Shown piece after piece: positions 8,454 to 18,614 of a stretch of 64,000 nt of DNA. A program made the translations under genes and the position numbers. Under the pieces are notes generated by a model. The model was not told the origin of the DNA. It searched no databases and was given only the letters and a program-made list of their open reading frames with translations. How positions within the stretch are numbered: the stretch's first letter is position 1; every line of letters begins with the position of its first letter. The stretch is from an uncultured Methylomirabilota bacterium. Its GTDB lineage: Bacteria > Methylomirabilota > Methylomirabilia > Methylomirabilales > 2-02-FULL-66-22. The stretch lies in assembly GCA_963705305.1 (NCBI GenBank), contig OY970067.1:544001-608000 (forward strand), read 5' to 3'.

Positions 8454-8465
8454 CGATCGCTCGAG

Positions 8466-8500
8466 GAACGGGATCGGTCCGCCGATCCCGTTCGGTTTTT
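8466..8500 (+). terminator. Rho-independent terminator after tRNA-Ala
   Basis: GAACGGGATCGG-TCCG-CCGATCCCGTTC-GGTTTTT. Confidence 0.8.
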
Positions 8501-8563
8501 CCGGGCGCCCCCGTCCCGTCCAGCCGCCGGACCCCGGCCGGGACCGGCCTGCCTCTTGCCGCC

Positions 8564-10531
8564 TCAGCCTTTCGCGGTTTCCAGCAGACGCCGCACCCGC
8601 TCGATCAGCACGTCCGGGTTGAACGGTTTCTGTAGGAAAGCCGACTGGGCGTCCATGCCACCCTGCTGGTCGGTAAACGCCTCGGGGTACCCGGAGATGA
8701 AGAGCACTTTCAGGTCAGGGCGCATGGCGCGCAGACGAGTCGCCAGCTCCGGCCCGCTCATCTCGGGCATCACCACATCGGTGATCATGAGGTGAATCGG
8801 ACCGGTGTGCCGGCCGACCAGCGCCAGCGCCTCGTCTCCTCGGCCGGCCCCCAGGACCTCGTACCCGAACATCTCCAGAACCTGGCACACCACCCCGCGC
8901 ACGCCGGGATCATCCTCCACGACCAGGATCGCCTCCTGCGTCGCGGCCGAGGGGACGTGAGGAACCCGGACGGCGGCTTCCGGAGCGGCCGGCGCCTCTA
9001 TGCCGGGCAGGCAAATGGTAAAGGTGCTGCCCACACCGGGGCGGCTGGAGACCGTAATCCGCCCCCCGCTCTGCTGCACGATGCCGTACACCGTCGCCAG
9101 CCCGAGCCCCGTCCCCCTCCCGCGCTCCTTCGTCGTGAAGAAGGGCTCGAAGAGATGGTTTTGGATTTCGGCATCCATGCCGCAGCCGGTGTCGCAAATC
9201 GTGAGGCGCACGGTGGGCTTCGCCGGACCGGGCGGGGTCTCCTCCGAATCGAGGACCGCCGTTTCCAGTCTCAACCTGCCGCCCTGGGGCATGGCATCCC
9301 GAGCGTTGACGGCCAGGTTCAGGATGACCTGCTCCAGCTGGCCCGGGTCCGCCAGCACCCAGGCGGGGGTCGGGGTCAGGAAGGTTTCCACCCGGATGTG
9401 TTCGCCCAGCAGCCGCCGCAGCATCTTCTCCAGGCCGGCGATCAGCGTGTTCAGGTCCAGCGCCTTCTTCTCCAGCACCTGCTTCCGGCTGAAGGCCAGG
9501 AGTTGCCGGGTGAGCGCCGCGCCCCGATCCGCCGCCTTCAGGATCTCTCCGATCAGCTCTTGGGAGGGGTCGCCCGGCGGGAGGCGGAGCTGGAGCAGGT
9601 CGCACTGGCCCAGGATGGCCATCAGGACATTGTTGAAGTCGTGAGCAACCCCGCCGGCCAGGCGACCCATGGCCTCCATGCGCTGCGCCTGGCGAAGCTC
9701 GGCCTCCATCTGGCGCTCGCTCGTCATGTCGGCGGCGATGCTCATGATGCCACACACGTTTCCCCGGGCGTCCCGCAGGGGGGCGGTGGACAGGCGGATC
9801 AGAACGGACGTCCCATCCTTCCGGCGGCGCTCCAGCTCCCTCCCCGTGAAACCTTCCCCGGCCAGGACCTGCGCCCGCAAGGACCGGAATTCCTCCTGCT
9901 TGTCGGGCGGGACGATCGGATTGGGACGGCCAAGCACCTCCTCGGCTCGCCACCCGAACAGCCGCTCGCAGGCGGGGTTCCACAGCCGCACGATGCCGTC
10001 GGGGTCCACGGCGTAAATCGCCAGGGGCGAGGCGGCGACCAAGGCCTGGAGGGACTCGTTGCTCTGGCGCAGCGCCTCCTCCGTCCGCTTCCGGTCGCTG
10101 ATGTCCCGGATCACGCTGAGGAGAACCCGTTCACCTGCGCAGGTCGTCCCGCACGAGCTCACCTCCACCGGAAAGACGCTGCCGTCTTTTCGCCGGTGGA
10201 CCGTTTCGAACAAAATGCCTTCCCGGTCGGCTTGGGCCATTTGATGGGCGGTCGCGGCCCGCGTTTCGGGGGCTCGCAGGTCATCGATCGTGAGGGAGAG
10301 CAGCTCTTTCAGAGAGTAGCCGTAGGCTTGAACGGCGGCGGCGTTGGCCTCCCGGATTCTCCCATCGGGTCGGACGAACAGCACGATATCCCGCGCCCCA
10401 TCCTTGAGGATCTGGTAGCGCTGCAGCTCCTCTGCGGTCGCAGCGCGGCCATGTTCGGCAAGCAGGCGCTCCAGCTCGGCAACGCGCGCGTGGAGCGAAT
10501 CCCTTCGCATGCTCTCCGGCTCCGGCTGCAT
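8564..10531 (-). CDS. PAS-PAS hybrid sensor histidine kinase with C-terminal receiver (CckA-like architecture)
   Basis: HRRKDGS and RRKDGT PAC motifs, GGVAHDFNN H-box, NLAVNARDAM, FEPFFTTK, GTGLGL, ITDVVMPEMSG receiver. Confidence 0.93.
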   Translation of the reverse strand: MQPEPESMRRDSLHARVAELERLLAEHGRAATAEELQRYQILKDGARDIVLFVRPDGRIREANAAAVQAYGYSLKELLSLTIDDLRAPETRAATAHQMAQADREGILFETVHRRKDGSVFPVEVSSCGTTCAGERVLLSVIRDISDRKRTEEALRQSNESLQALVAASPLAIYAVDPDGIVRLWNPACERLFGWRAEEVLGRPNPIVPPDKQEEFRSLRAQVLAGEGFTGRELERRRKDGTSVLIRLSTAPLRDARGNVCGIMSIAADMTSERQMEAELRQAQRMEAMGRLAGGVAHDFNNVLMAILGQCDLLQLRLPPGDPSQELIGEILKAADRGAALTRQLLAFSRKQVLEKKALDLNTLIAGLEKMLRRLLGEHIRVETFLTPTPAWVLADPGQLEQVILNLAVNARDAMPQGGRLRLETAVLDSEETPPGPAKPTVRLTICDTGCGMDAEIQNHLFEPFFTTKERGRGTGLGLATVYGIVQQSGGRITVSSRPGVGSTFTICLPGIEAPAAPEAAVRVPHVPSAATQEAILVVEDDPGVRGVVCQVLEMFGYEVLGAGRGDEALALVGRHTGPIHLMITDVVMPEMSGPELATRLRAMRPDLKVLFISGYPEAFTDQQGGMDAQSAFLQKPFNPDVLIERVRRLLETAKG

Positions 10532-10581
10532 TCGGTCAGTCCTCACCAGGTCCCAGGCTCAGCCGCGGACCCCGCCTGCTC

Positions 10582-10800
10582 TCACCGGGGCGACCGATTA
10601 TTTTCCCCCTGCCATTCCAGCCGCACCTGCGCCACATCGAAGGCGACGCCGCAGCGACGACAGAGGAACTTGGGGTGCCCCCACTCCGGCAGGTAGCCAG
10701 CTTCGACATCAGCCTGCCCGCACGTGGGGTGGACGAAAACATACCGGACGCCGCGCCCCTTGCCCCAGACCCACCGCTTGAACCGCCACCGGATGTCCAT
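10582..10800 (-). CDS. Small zinc-ribbon-like protein (72 aa)
   Basis: HPTC ... CRRC putative metal ligands. Confidence 0.55.
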   Translation of the reverse strand: MDIRWRFKRWVWGKGRGVRYVFVHPTCGQADVEAGYLPEWGHPKFLCRRCGVAFDVAQVRLEWQGENNRSPR

Positions 10801-10806
10801 GTTTCT

Positions 10807-12090
10807 TCAACTTCGAACTTCGAACTTCGAACTTCGAACTTCCCGAGTATACAGGCCCACCGCTGCAAACGTCACCACGGCATGCGGGTCCGGCGACTGG
10901 GCATAGCGGAGGAGGCGCCCCCGCGCCCCCCCGAGGACCCACAGGGCCGAATAGATGGGAGGCAGCCCGCAAATCCGCCGCCGGTTGCCGTCCCGGGCGA
11001 CCGCCGCAAAGAACATCCCGGCGTCCCCGGTTTCGACCGCCGCCAGGGCCTCCCGATCGGCGTCTGCGATCTCCCGCAGCTGTCCCGGCGTCACCGGCGA
11101 GGGGTCGCCGAACTGCGGGCCGATATGGGCCAGATCGGCGCTGGCGAGAATCATGGTCCGCCCTCCCGACTCGTCCAGCGTCTCTCGCAGCCCCGCCAAA
11201 AGCCGGGCCACCCCCGGGTCGTCCTCCGGGGATCGCCGCTCTTCCACGAAGCGATGGAACGAGCCGCAGAGCACCGGGACGATCTGCAGGGGCCGGTTCG
11301 GTGGGGTTTGATGCCGAAGAAATACGGCCTGGAGCTCGATGGAATGCTCCCCCCGATGGGCAAATTCGTCTTCCAGGTATCCCGCTCCCACCCTGGCCAG
11401 CAGTCGGTCCACGAAGCTCCGGTCGGTTTCCGCCCGCCCCAGCGGCGTCTCGAAGTCTTTCCGCGTCAAGGCGAACGGCTTCTCGATGGGGGCATGAGCC
11501 GTGCCCAGGATGACCCAGCGATCCACTGTCGGGAGCGCTTCCGCCTCCCGATACCCCCATGCGTAGCAGGCGCCACCCCGCGCAAAATCGATGTGGGGGA
11601 GGATCAGCCCCGCCAGGCGCTCGGCTGACGGGGTCGGGCGGGTTTCCCCGGGGCCTTCCGGGGCGCGGAAATACGCATCCAGCATGGTTGCCAGAGCCTC
11701 GGCCTCCGCTGGATAACTCTTCTCAGCCAGCCTGGCCGGCCGGGACTGGGCACGAAGGAATTCCGCCCGGATTTCTGCCTGGTGGGCGGCAAAGCGTGGA
11801 CTGTCCAGAAACAGCTGTTCATCCAGCGTGTGGATGACCTCCAACAGCTGTTCCCGGAAGAGCAGCGTTCCGAAGTGTCGTGCGAAGGCGGCCTGGATAT
11901 CCAGGAGCGAGTGCCTTCCGTCGAGTAACCCAAGAATGGCGGCTACTTGCATCCCAACGGAGACAACCGAGTCGGAATAGTGGAGTGGGTCTCGGAGGCA
12001 TAGGTGCCGCCGGCCTTCGATGTCGACCGGGAAGGCATCTACGGGGCGAAGGCGAGGGTATTCAACCCATTCGCCTGATTCATGGGTCAT
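10807..12090 (-). CDS. amrB: AmmeMemoRadiSam system protein B (MEMO1 family) with N-terminal extension
   Basis: ILPHIDF, FETPLG, HRGEHSIELQ, ASADLAHIGPQFGD, ICGLPPI motifs. Confidence 0.9.
   Translation of the reverse strand: MTHESGEWVEYPRLRPVDAFPVDIEGRRHLCLRDPLHYSDSVVSVGMQVAAILGLLDGRHSLLDIQAAFARHFGTLLFREQLLEVIHTLDEQLFLDSPRFAAHQAEIRAEFLRAQSRPARLAEKSYPAEAEALATMLDAYFRAPEGPGETRPTPSAERLAGLILPHIDFARGGACYAWGYREAEALPTVDRWVILGTAHAPIEKPFALTRKDFETPLGRAETDRSFVDRLLARVGAGYLEDEFAHRGEHSIELQAVFLRHQTPPNRPLQIVPVLCGSFHRFVEERRSPEDDPGVARLLAGLRETLDESGGRTMILASADLAHIGPQFGDPSPVTPGQLREIADADREALAAVETGDAGMFFAAVARDGNRRRICGLPPIYSALWVLGGARGRLLRYAQSPDPHAVVTFAAVGLYTREVRSSKFEVRS
10809..10843. repeat. 7-bp tandem repeat (AACTTCG)x4 plus one degenerate copy
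   Basis: Directly visible; encodes the EVRSSKFEVRS tail of amrB. Confidence 0.9.
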
Positions 12091-12210
12091 GATGTTGAGC
12101 CGGGGACGATCTGTCCGTCCCGCCCCCCCCCTTTCCACGCTGGTCCGCATACCCAGGACGAGCAGACGGAGGAACCCGGGATGATGTCCCACAAAGGCAA
12201 ATACCGGAAA

Positions 12211-12258
12211 ATACAACCTCTTGTGGATAATAAGGCCCAAAAATACAAGATAAAGTAG
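12211..12258. promoter_or_regulatory. Tandem NrdR-box-like operators, the first overlapping a perfect DnaA box
   Basis: ATACAACCTCTTGTGG (12211) and ATACAAGATAAAGTAG (12243), 32 bp apart; TGTGGATAA at 12222-12230. Confidence 0.55.
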
Positions 12259-12287
12259 AGAAAGAACGCAAAACGAACAGTTTTTTC

Positions 12288-12316
12288 TTGACGACTACTC
12301 TCTGACCGAGTACATT
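12288..12316 (+). promoter_or_regulatory. Sigma70 promoter
   Basis: TTGACG, 17 nt, TACATT, with AT-rich upstream element. Confidence 0.6.
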
Positions 12317-12321
12317 GCCGT

Positions 12322-12545
12322 CCGTCCGGGAAGAAGCCCCGGGCCTCCAATCAAAGCGATCTACCACGCAGGGCTGCCTCGTCAACGTTCGAGTATTTCT
12401 AGGATTTATCCCGTCCTTTCATCCAGTTGAGGCACCCGCGCAAGGAGTATCCCGGCGACCCGAACCCGGGATACCGACTGATTCGCGGGATACACCCGGT
12501 AGAAACGCCACACGCCAACAGGCAATGCCCCCCTCAGGGCTCCCC
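12322..12545 (+). ncRNA. Candidate structured RNA / long 5' leader
   Basis: Several nested complementary segments (see findings); no family recognised. Confidence 0.3.
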
Positions 12546-12600
12546 CGTTCGCCCCTTCGGCGAGCAGGAGCCAGCCTTGGAGGGACAGGAGACGTTGGCC

Positions 12601-12864
12601 ATGCCCATTGAAACGACTCCCCGCAGGACCCGGATCAACCTTGCCAACACGGGCGATCGGCCGGTTCGGACCGTCACGCTCACTCGGCACAGCTGGACGC
12701 TCGCTCAGATCATTCTCACAGGCCTGTTGATGACCTATCTGGTTGGATGGGTGCAGGATCTGGAGCGGATTCACAATCTGAAGGCGGATCTGTCGCCTCC
12801 AACCAAGGTCATCATCACCAAGTACGAGGCCTGGGACCGAATCTACCACCTGCACGGACGCTGA
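12601..12864 (+). CDS. Small single-TM hypothetical protein (87 aa)
   Basis: AGGAG RBS, ATG 12601; TM segment LAQIILTGLLMTYLVGW. Confidence 0.65.
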   Translation: MPIETTPRRTRINLANTGDRPVRTVTLTRHSWTLAQIILTGLLMTYLVGWVQDLERIHNLKADLSPPTKVIITKYEAWDRIYHLHGR

Positions 12865-13024
12865 CGGCCCCTCGCCGCAATTACCACACCATACGGGCAG
12901 CGACCACCCTCGCTGTCGGCGGTCGGCCATCCGTGATCGGCCCGGAGACTGCATTCTGCCGCCTGCCCTCGCTCTCCATCGCCACGGCTGATGGCAAAAG
13001 GCCGCCGTATGCGCCGCTCTCTCA

Positions 13025-14026
13025 TCAGAGATTCTGCGCGTCCACGGTGACTTTCGTCTCCTGGCGCAGCTGGCTCAGCCAGTCCGCCATGAGCGCCTGG
13101 CGCTTGACCTGCAGGTACTGCGCCCGAAACGCCTCCTTGTCTTTGAGGAACTCGGCCTCCGGCGGGGCCTCTTGCCCGATCAGGTGGATCAGATACATCG
13201 ACTTCTGCCCCGTGACCAGCGGGCTGGTCTCGTTCATCTTGAGAGCGTTCACGGCTTGTCGAAAGGCGTCCGGATCCGGGATCTCCTTGGGCGGAACGGC
13301 CGCAGGGAACGGTCCGTAGCGCTCGACCGAAACGCCGGCTTCTGTAGCCGCGTCGCCCAGGCTCTTTCCTTTGCCCATCGCCACGGTGATCGCGTCGGCC
13401 AGCTTCTTGCCGCTCTCGTCCGTCGGAAGCTCGACGACCTGGACCGTCAGCCGGCGCTCAACACGGTCGAAGGCATCCCGCAGCTCCGGATCCGAGACCT
13501 TGACCGCGCCCTCGACCAGGGCCTCCACCTTCTGCACGATCAGCTCCTGGCGCATCTCGGCCTCGAATTGTTCGGGGCTCAAGCGATTGGCCCGCAGGAC
13601 GTCGAGATACCGCGCCCGGCTGAAGCCCTCTTTGCTCTGGAAGACCGGTATGCTGCGTATATGATCCGCCAACTCTTCCGGGCTGACCCCGATCCCCTGG
13701 TCCGCGGCGTAGTGGAGGATGAGCAGTTGACGGACGAGACCCTCCAGCACCTGCCGTTTGACGTTCAGGGCGCTGATCAGCTTGTCATCCAGCTTGTCCC
13801 CGAAAACCTGCTTGTAGGATTCGATCTGCCGTTGCAGCGCTTGCTGGTACTCCTGCATCGAGATGTCCGTTCCGGCGACGGTGGCTACCACGCCGCGGCT
13901 GGCCAGATCTCCCGGCGTGGATTTCACTCCCCAGACGACGAAGATGGTCCCGATGAAGGTGATCACGATGACCAGCATCACCCCTTTGATGAAGTACGCA
14001 CTGCCTTCTCGCATGGTCTTGAGCAT
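13025..14026 (-). CDS. SurA N-terminal domain / PpiD-like membrane-anchored periplasmic chaperone
   Basis: MLKTMRE + TM anchor, VATVAGTDIS, IPVFQSKEGFSRARY, C-terminal WLSQLRQETKV. Confidence 0.85.
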   Translation of the reverse strand: MLKTMREGSAYFIKGVMLVIVITFIGTIFVVWGVKSTPGDLASRGVVATVAGTDISMQEYQQALQRQIESYKQVFGDKLDDKLISALNVKRQVLEGLVRQLLILHYAADQGIGVSPEELADHIRSIPVFQSKEGFSRARYLDVLRANRLSPEQFEAEMRQELIVQKVEALVEGAVKVSDPELRDAFDRVERRLTVQVVELPTDESGKKLADAITVAMGKGKSLGDAATEAGVSVERYGPFPAAVPPKEIPDPDAFRQAVNALKMNETSPLVTGQKSMYLIHLIGQEAPPEAEFLKDKEAFRAQYLQVKRQALMADWLSQLRQETKVTVDAQNL

Positions 14027-14152
14027 GCCTTTACCCTCTCCTATGACAGGAATGTCCGACCGAGACCATACTGCATTGGAGGCGACGTTGGCAAGGGGTT
14101 TCGGGGCTGCGGAAACGCAAATTTACTTGTCTTTTCTCCTACCGTATGTTAA

Positions 14153-15250
<1,098 letters not shown>

Positions 15251-15344
15251 CCTCCTCCCGGTCGCCCGTCCGGCTCGCGGGGGAATGCGACCCTGCCGAT
15301 GAGGGAATCGGGACGGCCCGGGAGCAGCGCACGGGGCGAGGCTT

Positions 15345-16214
15345 GTGAGCGGTCTCTGGCGCCTCCTGACCCGGCATCGTCGGGCGGCCATCCTGGCCTC
15401 CGCCCTCCTCCTGTCTTTTCTCCTCATGACCCTCCAGGTGCGGCACGAGCAGGCGGTGGTGAGCATCACGCGGCAGGCGATCCTGCTGGTCGTCTCCCCC
15501 TTCCTGAAAATCACGACCGTTACGGTGGCCAGCGTCGGCCAGGTCTGGCATGACTACGTGGATCTCCGCCATGTCCGGGAAGAGAACATCCGCCTGCAGA
15601 GCGAGGTGACCCTGCTGCAGCGGCGCATCGATCGGCTCACGGAGCAGGCGCTGGCGACACAGCGGCTGCAGCGCCTGCTGGATCTGCGCGCGGCATCTCC
15701 CACCAGTTTTCTCACGGCCCGGGTCATCGGCAAAGATGCCACCAACTGGTTCCAGACGCTGCTGGTGGATCGGGGCAGCCTGAACGGGGTGCGCCGCAAC
15801 ATGCCGGTGGTGGCCCCGGACGGGCTGGTGGGTCGGGTGGTGGAGGTGACGCCGACCTCCTCCAAGGTCCAGCTGCTCACCGACCCGCTGAGCGCCGCCG
15901 GGGGGCTGATACAGCGGACGCGCGTCACCGGCATCGTCTCCGGCAACCTGGGGGCCGGCCTGCACGTGCAGTACCTCCCCCTCATGGCCGATGTCGTCGT
16001 GGGGGACGAGGTGATCACCTCCGGTATGGGCGGCGTCTTTCCCAAGGGAATCCCCATCGGCTGGATCACCGCAGTGGAGCGGCGGAGCGGCGCCCTCTTC
16101 CAGGAGGCGACCCTGCGCCCGGCCGTGGACCTGTCCCGGTTGGAGGAGGTCCTGCTGCTGACGCAAACCGAGACGCGGGAGGGGCTCGAAACGGGGGGCG
16201 GGGGGCGGCCATGA
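15345..16214 (+). CDS. mreC: Rod shape-determining protein MreC
   Basis: TM + coiled coil, GLVGRV, TSGMGGVFPKGIPIG; operon position. Confidence 0.95.
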   Translation: MSGLWRLLTRHRRAAILASALLLSFLLMTLQVRHEQAVVSITRQAILLVVSPFLKITTVTVASVGQVWHDYVDLRHVREENIRLQSEVTLLQRRIDRLTEQALATQRLQRLLDLRAASPTSFLTARVIGKDATNWFQTLLVDRGSLNGVRRNMPVVAPDGLVGRVVEVTPTSSKVQLLTDPLSAAGGLIQRTRVTGIVSGNLGAGLHVQYLPLMADVVVGDEVITSGMGGVFPKGIPIGWITAVERRSGALFQEATLRPAVDLSRLEEVLLLTQTETREGLETGGGGRP

Positions 16215-16687
16215 AATGGTTCCTGCCGGGCCTCCTTGGGGGGGCCGCGGCACAGGTCGCGCTCTTGCCGGCCGTGGGTGTCTGGGGGCTCCGGCCCGAC
16301 CTGTTCCTGCTGCTGGTGTTCTTCCTCAGCCCCGGTGCGAGCCCCGAGCTTGCCACCCTGCAGGGATTCGCCATCGGCCTGACCCAGGATGCGCTGTCTG
16401 GGGGCCCCCTGGGCCTTCGCGCCTTCACGTACAGCCTCCTGGGCTTCCTCATCGCGCGGCTCAGCCACAAGCTTTACACCGACAAGGCCCTGGCGCAGTT
16501 CTGGCTGCTGCTGGGAGGCTGCGCCGCTACCGGCGCCCTGACCTTGGCGCTGCTGACATTTTTTCTAGGCCCGCCGCCGCTGCTGTCGACACTGACGTGG
16601 GTGATTCTGCCCGAGGCGCTCTACAGCGCAGTGGTCGGCCTGGCGCTTCTCTGGGTGCCCCGGATGTATCGAGCAGTCTTCCCGTAG
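16211..16687 (+). CDS. mreD: Rod shape-determining protein MreD
   Basis: Hydrophobic, RPDL and GLTQDALSGGPLG motifs; overlaps mreC stop. Confidence 0.9.
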   Translation: MKWFLPGLLGGAAAQVALLPAVGVWGLRPDLFLLLVFFLSPGASPELATLQGFAIGLTQDALSGGPLGLRAFTYSLLGFLIARLSHKLYTDKALAQFWLLLGGCAATGALTLALLTFFLGPPPLLSTLTWVILPEALYSAVVGLALLWVPRMYRAVFP

Positions 16688-16692
16688 ATCCG

Positions 16693-18543
16693 ATGAGAGC
16701 GAAGTTTTTTTCCTCGCCCCCGTCCCAGGGATTGACGCAGCGAATCCGAAAGACCATCCTGCTGATCGGGATCGCCTGCCTCGTTCTCCTGCTGCGACTC
16801 TGGTACCTCCAGGTCCTGGAAGGCAATCTCTACCTGACCCTGTCCACCAACAACCGGCTGCGGGTCCGTGCGGTCGAGGCTCCCCGCGGATACATTCTGG
16901 ACCGTCATGGCGATATCCTGGTGGAGAATCGGCCGACCTTCGACCTGTACGCCACGCCCGAGGACGTCAAGAACCCGCGAGAGGTCGCCTCCATCTTGGC
17001 CGGCATCCTCCATACGGATGCGGAGAGCATCCTGGAGCGCCTGGCGGAGGGACAGGGACGGTCGTACCAGCCGCTGCTTCTCCGCAAAGACCTGGACGAG
17101 GCCATGATGGTGGCCGTGGAAGAGCGCCGCCTGGATCTGCCCGGGGTCAACCTCCGCATCCGGCCTGTGCGGGCCTATCCCGGGGGGGGCATGGCGGCCA
17201 ACCTCCTGGGGTACGTGAGCGAGGTGAATCAGAGCCAGCTGGAGCGCGAGGAGTTCCGGGATTTCCGCCCGGGGGACAACATGGGGCAGGCCGGGGTGGA
17301 GCGCCGCTACGACGCCTTCATCCGCGGCGTGGACGGCGGCGAGCAGATCGAGGTGGACGCGCGCGGACGCGCCGTCCAGCTAGTCAGCCGGACCGACCCC
17401 CGCTCGGGCTCCAACGTCTACCTGACGATCGACAAGCGGATCCAGGAGGCAGCCGAGGCGGCCTTCGCCGGGAAGAAGGGGGCCGTGGTGGTCATGAATC
17501 CGACCACGGGCGAGATCCTGGCGATGGTGAGCCGCCCCTCTTACGATCCCAACCTCTTCGCCCAGCACCTGACCGGCCAGGAATGGCAGGCCATCGCCGA
17601 CAATCCCAGCCACCCCCTGCAGAACCGGGTCTTCCAGGCGCAGTACCCTCCCGGATCCATCTTCAAGCTGGTCGTCACCGTGGCGGGTCTGGAGAGCGGG
17701 GCGCTGACGCCCGAGACCAAGTTCTACGACCCAGGGTATTTCTACCTGGGGAACCACCGCTTCGACGACTGGAAGAAGGGCGGCTTCGGCTGGCTGGACC
17801 TGCGGCAGGGCATCATCCACTCCGCCAATGTCTACTTCTATCAGGCCGGGCTCCGGGTGGGCATCGACGAGATCGTGCGCTGGTCCCGCCTGTTCGGCCT
17901 GGGGGAGCCGCCGGGGCTTGGCCTGGGGGACGAGGCGAAAGGACACCTTCCCAATCCGCAGCCCAGACGTCACGGTCAGCCCGGCTGGACCGCCGGGAAC
18001 ACGGTGATTTCCAGCATCGGCCAGGGGCCGGTGGTGACCTCGCCCATGCAGTTGCTCCTCATGGTCTCTGCCATCGCCAACGGGGGCACGATTTACCGAC
18101 CGTGGATCGTCAAGAAGATCACCTCGCTCTCGGGGGAGGTCCTGGACGAGTACGAGCCCCAGGTGGTCCGGCGCCTCCCCGTCCATCCGGAGACCCTGGC
18201 GTTCGTCCGTCAGGCCATGGTCGGCGTGGTGGACCAGGGGACGGCAATGCAGGCCAAGATTCCGGGGATCCCCATCGCGGGGAAGACCGGGACGGCCCAG
18301 GTGGTGAGGAAGAGCGATGCCAAGGGCCACCCCGAGCTCAAGGACCACGGCTGGTTCGCGTCGTTTGCGCCCGCCGACAACCCGCAGATCGCCATGGTGG
18401 TCCTGGTGGAAAATGGAGGGTTCGGCGGCCTGGTCGCCGCGCCGGTCGGCAAGGCGATCTACCAGGCCGCCTTCGGGATCGGCTCGCCCTCCCCCCGCAC
18501 GACGGGAGTCGCCCACGCCAAGGAGTCGGATATCCACGACTGA
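16693..18543 (+). CDS. mrdA: Penicillin-binding protein 2
   Basis: APRGYILDRHG, SIFK (SxxK), SAN (SxN), KTGT. Confidence 0.96.
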   Translation: MRAKFFSSPPSQGLTQRIRKTILLIGIACLVLLLRLWYLQVLEGNLYLTLSTNNRLRVRAVEAPRGYILDRHGDILVENRPTFDLYATPEDVKNPREVASILAGILHTDAESILERLAEGQGRSYQPLLLRKDLDEAMMVAVEERRLDLPGVNLRIRPVRAYPGGGMAANLLGYVSEVNQSQLEREEFRDFRPGDNMGQAGVERRYDAFIRGVDGGEQIEVDARGRAVQLVSRTDPRSGSNVYLTIDKRIQEAAEAAFAGKKGAVVVMNPTTGEILAMVSRPSYDPNLFAQHLTGQEWQAIADNPSHPLQNRVFQAQYPPGSIFKLVVTVAGLESGALTPETKFYDPGYFYLGNHRFDDWKKGGFGWLDLRQGIIHSANVYFYQAGLRVGIDEIVRWSRLFGLGEPPGLGLGDEAKGHLPNPQPRRHGQPGWTAGNTVISSIGQGPVVTSPMQLLLMVSAIANGGTIYRPWIVKKITSLSGEVLDEYEPQVVRRLPVHPETLAFVRQAMVGVVDQGTAMQAKIPGIPIAGKTGTAQVVRKSDAKGHPELKDHGWFASFAPADNPQIAMVVLVENGGFGGLVAAPVGKAIYQAAFGIGSPSPRTTGVAHAKESDIHD

Positions 18544-18614
18544 GCGGCAGCCGGATGACCGGGCTCGGGAATGCGGGCCGCCCCGCGCGCGGGTCTCACG
18601 CCTGGAACTGCACG

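Noticed and set aside
10801..10809. Selenocysteine readthrough fusing amrB to the zinc-finger ORF
   Set aside because: The TGA follows a repeat-derived tail, not a Cys-equivalent position; no SECIS recognised
10809..10843. CRISPR interpretation of the short repeats here and at 19.7-20.1 kb
   Set aside because: No constant repeat with unique spacers and no cas genes
12222..12230. Possible oriC
   Set aside because: Only one DnaA box and no dnaA/dnaN context
16216..16692. Long N-terminal extensions of mrdA, rodA, mqnA, the deaminase, mobA and eno in the ORF track
   Set aside because: They overlap upstream genes in another frame; homology and RBS place the starts downstream
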